NCBI GenBank assembly: GCA_046483985.1
Contig: JAWOCD010000037.1
Span: forward strand, 1 to 23,510
Reading direction: 5' to 3'
From: Promethearchaeia archaeon
GTDB lineage: Archaea; Asgardarchaeota; Lokiarchaeia; Sigyniarchaeales; SOKP01
Length of the DNA stretch: 23,510 nt
Position numbers and translations under genes: made by a program. Positions 17,255-23,510 of this stretch are shown here, piece by piece (within the stretch, counting starts at the first letter, position 1; every line of letters begins with the position of its first letter). Under the pieces are notes generated by a model. It did no database searches. It was not told where the DNA came from and saw only the letters and a program-made list of their open reading frames with translations.

Positions 17255-17572
17255 ACTTAATCCTAATATACTTTTATTCAAAATAAAGATATTACATGAA
17301 ATAAAATACGAACTGCTAAAAAAGAATTACTAATTGCCTTTCTTGGGATAAAATCAAGAATACCATGAGAAGTATGCTTACAAATAAAAAAACAAAAAAA
17401 CAAAAAAATGAAAAAATCAGAACTTAATCCTAATATATTTTTATTCACAATAAAAGATATTACATAAAATACGACGTAGTAAAAAAGAATTACTAATTAC
17501 CCCTCTTGCCTCAGACCTGCGAAAAAAAGGAGTAGAACCTTATCATCCTAACGAAAATGAAAAAAGTAGAAA
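17255..17572. repeat. Intergenic diverged tandem duplication, two units (167 bp and about 150 bp)
   Basis: acttaatcctaatata..tttattca.aata..agatattacat..aaatacga...taaaaaagaattactaatt.cc..tcttg at 17255-17345 and 17422-17508. Shared tail aaaatgaaaaaa..agaa at about 17405-17422 and 17554-17571. Confidence 0.85.
17381..17416 (-). terminator. Clustered oligo-T tracts, candidate archaeal intrinsic terminator
   Basis: The minus strand has T6-CA-T7-G-T7-G-T7 about 160 bp downstream of the giant surface-protein gene. Confidence 0.4.
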
Positions 17573-17573
17573 T

Positions 17574-20500
17574 TTATATCTGTATTTTCCATCCTTCTTT
17601 TTGGGTGAATTGAATCTTCTTTTCCTTTCGCATCTGGTCCATCACGAGTTTTACGGTCTTTTCCGAGATAGTCTTCTTATCCTCGGCGCTTGCTTCTAAC
17701 ACCTTTTCAATCATGACGGCTTTGCTTTTTACCGACTTTTCCTTGTACAAGATTTTCAGGATCGTACTTTCAACATAATCGCGCACGTTTTTGGGGACTG
17801 ATTCAATCCCTTTTCCTTTTGCGCCTTTTTTCGGAGTTAAAGGAGTCTTTTTCTTCTCCTCCTCTTCTTGTTCAATTACCACCGTTTTTACCTTCAAATC
17901 TTTCTTCTTCTGCGCGTTTTTGCCTGCTTCGTCGGAACTAACCTTTCCCTTTTTCACCTCTTGAGGGGTTGCGGCTTTCTTTTTCCCCTCTTCTTCAACC
18001 ATTTCCTCTTTTTTACCGCGTGCTTTAATAAGTACAATTCCAAAAATAGCAGCCGCTCCGATTACGATTCCCATGATAAGAAAGATTAAGAAATCTGGAC
18101 CTTCCTCAGGAGGGGGTTCTTCTTCATCTTCTTCCTCGGGTAAAAGCTCCAATTCAATTGAAGTAATTTCTTGGCTTATTGGTGTGAAGCTCTCGTTTCC
18201 AGCATAGCGGAAGGTTAAAGTAATTTCTGAAGCATCTTCGGGAACATTCACGGAAAAGACTGCATCTCCCGTTTGGTTTGTTTCCTCCGTTTGCTCGGAT
18301 ATTTTGGCTCCGAAAGCTGCAGAAAGGCTCACATTTGCATGACTGATAACTTCATTAATATCCCTTTCGTAATAGAGCCCTACTGTTACCTCAAAGGAAC
18401 CGCCTTGAATCACTTTATCCGGAATTCCTGTGATATTCCACTTAGAGATAAACCGACTGATTCTAAACTTTACGGTAAAGGATTGCCCCTCGTACCATGT
18501 TTTATTCAGACGTATCGTTACGCTGTAGTTCCCTTCGGGTAACTGACTTGCGTTTATCTCCCATTGAAATAGCCCGTCTGTATCGGAAATATTGTGGTCT
18601 TTGCCTTGGAACGCCAGATTACCGGTTGCGTTTTTAATTATCTTAGAGGGGTATGAACTGTTGAAATTCATATTGATTGTTATATTATCAAGGGGTTGAG
18701 CCTCATAGAGCTCCGCCGTTGAATTAAAATCAAGGAGGATATCTTGATACTGGGTCAAATTCAGAATGTTGTACTCGGTCAGTCCGGTAACGTTAAGCTC
18801 ATATTCAGTGGTTTTATTATAATACCACGATTTATTAAATGAAAGATATATGGTAAACGGGCCAAATCCCTCAGATTCGAACTGTTTCCAGCTCAATTTA
18901 AGGTCTATGGTATAATTTTGTGCATTTTTTGTCACACCAGTCTCATTATATTCTTCACCCGGCGTTACCTTCCATCCAACATTTGCTCCCGTAATAGGAA
19001 CCCCTCTTTCCGAATCATTATAAGTAAACACCAGATGGACTGTTTCATTTGAGAAAAATTCCGTGTCTTCTGGGCCCTCTTGTAGTTGTAAACTTGTCAT
19101 TCCTGTGATTGTGAAATTTAAATTGAGACATTGCTCTTCATAATTCGCCTTACTGATGTTAAAATAAAGGGTAAATTGGCCATAATCGTTAAATAGTGTA
19201 AGGTTATGCGCCTCCAGTTCAATTTTATAATTACCCAATCCGGAACTATTAAATGTCCAGTTTGAGGTATAAATTTGTTCTTTTCCTCCGATTTTCCATT
19301 CGATTTCCGTATCTGTATCATCTAGAGTTAAACCTTTAACCGAATCATTATAGGAAAATTCGATGGATATCGTTTCATTTGAATCATATGGATGATCATC
19401 TTCCGGTGAATCAATCTGCGCTGCCGTTAATCCGGTGACGGAAATACTTAAGTGCTCGGTTTGGTTCTCATAATAGGTCTGATTTAACTCGATATAGATA
19501 GTGAAATCGCCATACCCATCAAATTCGGGTTCTTGCAGCGAAACATTGATGACATATAAATCTGTTGCCTCGTTAAACGTAACATTGTCATCTGTAAATT
19601 CTCCGGAAGGGCCCACCTTCCACTGAATTTGGGCTTCTAATATAACACTATTGTTTACGGAATTATTAAAGCCTAATTTAATGGTTAAGAACTGATCGGA
19701 ATTATAGTTAGTTTCCTGACTTGGTGATTTAATCTGGGACTCCGAGAGTCCGGTAATATTCAATGAGAATTGCGTGGTCTTATTGTAATAGTAAGTCTTA
19801 TTTAGCTTGATAGAGACATTAAATGGACCATAGCCCTTGAAATAATCGCTGTGACACGATAATTCGATTTCATATTTCTTAGACATTGAATTAAAAGAAA
19901 CTCCTTGATCTGCATAGGTTCCGTCTTCCCCTACTCTCCATTCTAAATCTGCATTGGGGATAAATCGACTTCCATTGAACGGATTGGAAAAGTTGAGGAT
20001 AATGGTAAAGCTTTCATTTGCGAAATATTCCGTTTGTTTTGGCCCATCCAGTGATAATTTGGAAAGCGCGGTGATATCGAATTCATATTCAACGGATTGA
20101 TTCACGTAAAAGGTTTTATTGATAAGAATGTCGATGGTGAATGGTCCGTAGCCCCAGAAGTCATTATCGCTGCAATTGACGGTGATGTTGTAATAGCCAT
20201 TATTATAATCGTGCCTTTTGGCTGAATATTCTTTGCCGTTAATTAATGCCGTGATACTTGCATTTGTAAGACCTTCGTTTGGGATCGTGTCATTGAAATA
20301 GACCGTGATATTGAACACATCATCCGACTCATACTCTCCAGTTTCATCTGGGAACACTTGCTCCAAGGAGAGGTCGGTCGGTCGGGCCCGAATGGTGAGA
20401 TTGAACTTATGTGTGACGTTTGCCCAATTGAACTTCGACATATTAATTTCAATGACAAAGGTTCCCTCTTTGTTGAAGGTAGGAATCGTCCACGAATAGT

Positions 20501-23500
20501 TTCCGTTAGTAACCGTGCTGGCGTTGTAATAATACTCTTCATCAAACAAGAGCGAGCAGTTCGCACCTTCACTTATCCACTTTTTGTTCAGTTTATCCCA
20601 GTAGGAGAAGGTCACCGTTGTATTATATCCCAAGTACCCAAAATACGTAGTATTAGTCTCTTCCTTCTCGAGTGTTTTGGGTTGTTTGGTTTCATGGTCC
20701 AATTGAACCACGTCTTCCAACGACCCGTTTGTCGGAATATAGACTACTTTTAGGGAGCCGCTTATCTCACTGTTTTCGTGGTTATCCTTGGAAAATCTAA
20801 TGGTGAACCCATGCGTGCCCGTTGTCATGTTATGCGTCGGGACCAGAAATGAGCAATTGCCATCAGGACCCGTGGTGTTAGAAATAGAGATCGAAAGATC
20901 CGGGATTTCAAAACGCGCATTCGCCTCTTCAATTCCTTCGGTGGTATTTGTGTTTATATACTCCGCCAGAAAGATGGTGTCGTAGTTTCGATAAACCAGC
21001 CAATAGTCATCCGTTTCGCTGTACTGCACGGAGGTCTTGCCACCGGTTTGATTAACCGCTAAAATAGATGCATTCGTTTGGTAATCAACGATTGAGAGGT
21101 TAAACCCGCTGTGGGAAGAATAATAGTTCGGCTTCGCGAAGGTTATATTTACCGTATATTCGGGCTCATCGTATCCCGTGGAATTCAGTTCGAACCATGC
21201 TTGCCCGTTTGCATCCGTCGAATTATCAAGTTCCTCAATTAAATCGTCTCCCAAGGTCACGTTCAGATTTCCGCCTGCGTTTCCAATTACATAGGAATGG
21301 TTTACATCCCAATAGGTCACGCGTACGGTTACATTGGAAACACCCGTGGTGGTATAATATCGGTATCCGTTTTCATAGGATTCGGACAGTTCGCCCGTAT
21401 CATCGTAGACCTGATCGATGGTGACATTGGTGTGGATAATATTGATATCAAACCGCCACGTCGTGGTATTTGCCTGATAATTCTCTTTTTCAAACGTGAC
21501 ATTAAAGGAATACCCATCACCTACCGCGAGCTTGCTGGTATTGACCTCCCAGCTGTATATCCCGCCGCTCTCATCGGCGATATAGTATTCGGTATCGTAT
21601 CCGTTATAAAAGCTCAAATTTCCCGCGGCGCCGGCAAGTTTCTCGTCGGTGTAGTAATTCTGGTAATTCATATACACGGTGAGATTTTTCCCTTTAAACG
21701 CTTCAAACGCCGTCCCATTCAGCTTCACGTTCTGCTCATATTGGGTAAGGTTTACCATATTGACCGAGGTATTGCACTCGAGAATGGTAAGGGAAAAGGT
21801 ATCGACGGTGGTGTTGTAATAGGTAGCGTTTAAGGCGACATCTACATCGTAGGTTCCCGCATAGAGGCTTTCTGTATTTAACGTGGAGATATAATATCCG
21901 TCGGTGTCTGTGGTAATGACCACGGGGGACCACGAATCTGTTTCGTTATATATCGTTAGGTTGCTCCACGCCCCGGAGATCAATTCGTCTCCGTTGTCGG
22001 TGTCAAAATACGAAAGGTTGAAGGTCACGTCCTCGCCGTAATAGATGTTCCACGGCTCGGATTGGATCGTATGGCCGTAGACGCTCTGATTTAACCCCTT
22101 GATTGCGTAATCCGTCCGATTCCAGATATACAGCTGCACATCATAGACCTGCGTCTGGTTCCATTGGGAATAGATCTCAAAGGTGATCGAATAGGGAGTG
22201 CTTCCGTTTCCCACGACCTTACTGGTATTCAAGACTAAATCGTAGGTTCCGTCATCATTGTCATTCCAAGAATGAATAAACTTCTCGTCAATGGAGGTGA
22301 CTTCTACGGTTGCGCCGGAAATGGGCGAGCTCTCGTTCCACATATACTCTCCGGTAAATGTGGCGTTGTTTCCTCGTACCACGGTCAGAACGCTCGGGTC
22401 AATGGACTGTTGGGTTGCATTATAGAGATAATAATTGTATTTTACAGATCGGTTGATATAATATTGCAAGGAGGTGTTGATGGTTATCTGAATGTGTCCA
22501 TACCCGACCGTGCGGACTTGCCAATTATAAACCGTTAAATTGTAATATCCCCCCCCTACATCCTTGTAGTTTGTGCTCTCATACCCTGTGCCGTTTACAT
22601 CATGGAGTATTTCCGCCTCTTCAATACCCTGGTCTAAGACGGTATCGTTGTAGAAAAGGGTAATATTGAAGCGCTCCGTCGATAACCAGTCTTGGTATTG
22701 GGCCGGTGTCTGTTCGTCAATAATTAGCTCTGTTACTCGTTCAAGGTAAAAATTGTAGGTATCGGTTTTGTTGTCGTAAAAGGATTTGTTGACCATGAGT
22801 TGGACATCGATTGGACCCGCCGAATCGATCGCACCCGGATTGACGGTGATATTAAAATACCCATCGGTACCGTTGGTGGCGGTAGTCCATAGCCATCCTT
22901 GCCCGTCGATATTATAGGAGATATTACCGTCGATGCCCTCCTCTAGATGAAGATCTTCGTAGTACACGGTAATATTAAAGGGTGCATCGTCGGTCCGATT
23001 GTTAATATCCTCTTCCGGTTCGATGATGGTAAATTGGGTCTCGCGCACCAGATAAAAGCTGTAGGTGTCGGTTTTATTGTCGTAGAAGGATTTATTGGCC
23101 ATGAGTTGGACATCAATTTGACCTGCCGAATCGATCGCACTCGGGTTGACGGTGATGTTGAAATAGCCATCGGTACCGTTATTGGCGGTGGTCCAGAGCC
23201 ATCCTTGCCCGTCGATATTGTAAGAGATATTGCCGTTGATACCCTCGTCTAAGTTGAGATCTTCGTAGTACACGGTAATATTGAATAGCGTATCATCGGT
23301 CCGCTTGCTAATGCCTTCTGCCGGAGCAATTATGGTAAATTGGGTTTCCCGCACCAGATAAAAGTTGTAGGTGTCGGTTTTATTATCGTAAAAGGATTTG
23401 TTCGCCATGAGTTGTACATCGATTAGACCCGCAGAATTGATCGCACCTGGATTAACGGTGATGTTAAAATAGCCATCGGTCCCGTTATTGGCGGTAGTCC

Positions 23501-23510
23501 ACAGCCATCC
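17574..23510 (-). CDS. Giant type I membrane surface glycoprotein with tandem Ig-like repeats and a cytoplasmic winged-helix-like C-terminus; 5' partial
   Basis: The frame stays open past the called Met (23408) to the window edge (GWLWTTANNGTDG...), so the protein is at least 1978 aa. About 100-110-aa beta-rich repeats with dense N-x-S/T, an acidic/Pro linker, TM at 18027-18092, a Lys-rich linker and a 74-aa terminal domain. Confidence 0.9.
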   Translation of the reverse strand, partial: GWLWTTANNGTDGYFNITVNPGAINSAGLIDVQLMANKSFYDNKTDTYNFYLVRETQFTIIAPAEGISKRTDDTLFNITVYYEDLNLDEGINGNISYNIDGQGWLWTTANNGTDGYFNITVNPSAIDSAGQIDVQLMANKSFYDNKTDTYSFYLVRETQFTIIEPEEDINNRTDDAPFNITVYYEDLHLEEGIDGNISYNIDGQGWLWTTATNGTDGYFNITVNPGAIDSAGPIDVQLMVNKSFYDNKTDTYNFYLERVTELIIDEQTPAQYQDWLSTERFNITLFYNDTVLDQGIEEAEILHDVNGTGYESTNYKDVGGGYYNLTVYNWQVRTVGYGHIQITINTSLQYYINRSVKYNYYLYNATQQSIDPSVLTVVRGNNATFTGEYMWNESSPISGATVEVTSIDEKFIHSWNDNDDGTYDLVLNTSKVVGNGSTPYSITFEIYSQWNQTQVYDVQLYIWNRTDYAIKGLNQSVYGHTIQSEPWNIYYGEDVTFNLSYFDTDNGDELISGAWSNLTIYNETDSWSPVVITTDTDGYYISTLNTESLYAGTYDVDVALNATYYNTTVDTFSLTILECNTSVNMVNLTQYEQNVKLNGTAFEAFKGKNLTVYMNYQNYYTDEKLAGAAGNLSFYNGYDTEYYIADESGGIYSWEVNTSKLAVGDGYSFNVTFEKENYQANTTTWRFDINIIHTNVTIDQVYDDTGELSESYENGYRYYTTTGVSNVTVRVTYWDVNHSYVIGNAGGNLNVTLGDDLIEELDNSTDANGQAWFELNSTGYDEPEYTVNITFAKPNYYSSHSGFNLSIVDYQTNASILAVNQTGGKTSVQYSETDDYWLVYRNYDTIFLAEYINTNTTEGIEEANARFEIPDLSISISNTTGPDGNCSFLVPTHNMTTGTHGFTIRFSKDNHENSEISGSLKVVYIPTNGSLEDVVQLDHETKQPKTLEKEETNTTYFGYLGYNTTVTFSYWDKLNKKWISEGANCSLLFDEEYYYNASTVTNGNYSWTIPTFNKEGTFVIEINMSKFNWANVTHKFNLTIRARPTDLSLEQVFPDETGEYESDDVFNITVYFNDTIPNEGLTNASITALINGKEYSAKRHDYNNGYYNITVNCSDNDFWGYGPFTIDILINKTFYVNQSVEYEFDITALSKLSLDGPKQTEYFANESFTIILNFSNPFNGSRFIPNADLEWRVGEDGTYADQGVSFNSMSKKYEIELSCHSDYFKGYGPFNVSIKLNKTYYYNKTTQFSLNITGLSESQIKSPSQETNYNSDQFLTIKLGFNNSVNNSVILEAQIQWKVGPSGEFTDDNVTFNEATDLYVINVSLQEPEFDGYGDFTIYIELNQTYYENQTEHLSISVTGLTAAQIDSPEDDHPYDSNETISIEFSYNDSVKGLTLDDTDTEIEWKIGGKEQIYTSNWTFNSSGLGNYKIELEAHNLTLFNDYGQFTLYFNISKANYEEQCLNLNFTITGMTSLQLQEGPEDTEFFSNETVHLVFTYNDSERGVPITGANVGWKVTPGEEYNETGVTKNAQNYTIDLKLSWKQFESEGFGPFTIYLSFNKSWYYNKTTEYELNVTGLTEYNILNLTQYQDILLDFNSTAELYEAQPLDNITINMNFNSSYPSKIIKNATGNLAFQGKDHNISDTDGLFQWEINASQLPEGNYSVTIRLNKTWYEGQSFTVKFRISRFISKWNITGIPDKVIQGGSFEVTVGLYYERDINEVISHANVSLSAAFGAKISEQTEETNQTGDAVFSVNVPEDASEITLTFRYAGNESFTPISQEITSIELELLPEEEDEEEPPPEEGPDFLIFLIMGIVIGAAAIFGIVLIKARGKKEEMVEEEGKKKAATPQEVKKGKVSSDEAGKNAQKKKDLKVKTVVIEQEEEEKKKTPLTPKKGAKGKGIESVPKNVRDYVESTILKILYKEKSVKSKAVMIEKVLEASAEDKKTISEKTVKLVMDQMRKEKKIQFTQKEGWKIQI
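18781..20388 (-). repeat. Five degenerate Ig-like repeats (about 107 aa) of a second family
   Basis: Recurring GYGPF/GYGPF/GYGDF/DYGQF/GFGPF, N(K/Q)T(Y/F)Y.N-like motifs and ITAL/ITGL/VTGL/ITGM/VTGL boundaries. Confidence 0.75.
22745..23510 (-). repeat. Intragenic 306-bp (102-aa) high-identity tandem repeats, at least 2.5 copies
   Basis: The anchor atgagttg recurs at 22795, 23101 and 23407. Peptide unit ...GNISYNIDGQGWLWTTA.NGTDGYFNITVNP.AI.SAG.IDVQLM.NKSFYDNKTDTY.FYL. Confidence 0.95.

Noticed and set aside
17255-17572. CRISPR array
   Set aside because: Only two long, diverged units. No 25-45-bp identical repeats with regular spacers and no cas genes.
1611-23252. Short antisense or overlapping ORFs in the track (e.g. 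1611-1805, 3585-3866, 3944-4186, 5298-5615, 12312-12611, 13430-13756, 15917-16225, 20358-20753, 21297-21833, 22947-23252)
   Set aside because: They overlap well-supported genes and show no recognisable motifs; they are shadow ORFs.
23406-23408. Met at 23408 as the start of the giant protein
   Set aside because: It is an internal residue of the 102-aa repeat; the frame stays open to the window end.

Overview
Gene content (a stand-alone Roadblock/MglB protein, a RING-H2 multidomain protein, a giant sequon-rich surface protein, AT-rich archaeal-style intergenics) points to an Asgard archaeon, most likely Lokiarchaeia. This is an inference; there is no marker gene in the window. The window has three zones. 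(1) 1-3.0 kb: end of a class V aminotransferase, a membrane-anchored DUF3604/PHP metallohydrolase and a membrane protein. (2) 3.0-9.5 kb: a tandem pair of diverged units, each [126-aa membrane gene + upstream region] - [unrelated cargo] - [U32-family gene 3' end]. The cargos are a phage-like Zn-ribbon ORF plus an alkaline-phosphatase-superfamily enzyme in one unit and a very AT-rich sulfotransferase in the other. Both also hold previously unannotated relics of an ATPase_2-DUF234 gene. (3) 9.7-23.5 kb: dCMP deaminase, a His-tailed EamA transporter, aspartate kinase and a PGI-like isomerase, followed by a Roadblock gene converging on a 743-aa protein read as Roadblock-Roadblock-(TPR/SNAP + winged helix = PCI-like)-RING-H2-coiled coil. 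That gene lies downstream of a partial, at least 1978-aa Ig-like repeat surface protein with one TM helix and a cytoplasmic winged-helix tail. The Roadblock-PCI-RING protein and its neighbours are the best candidate for an undescribed system; the two-allele variable slot is the second. All domain calls are by-eye motif reading, without database searches.
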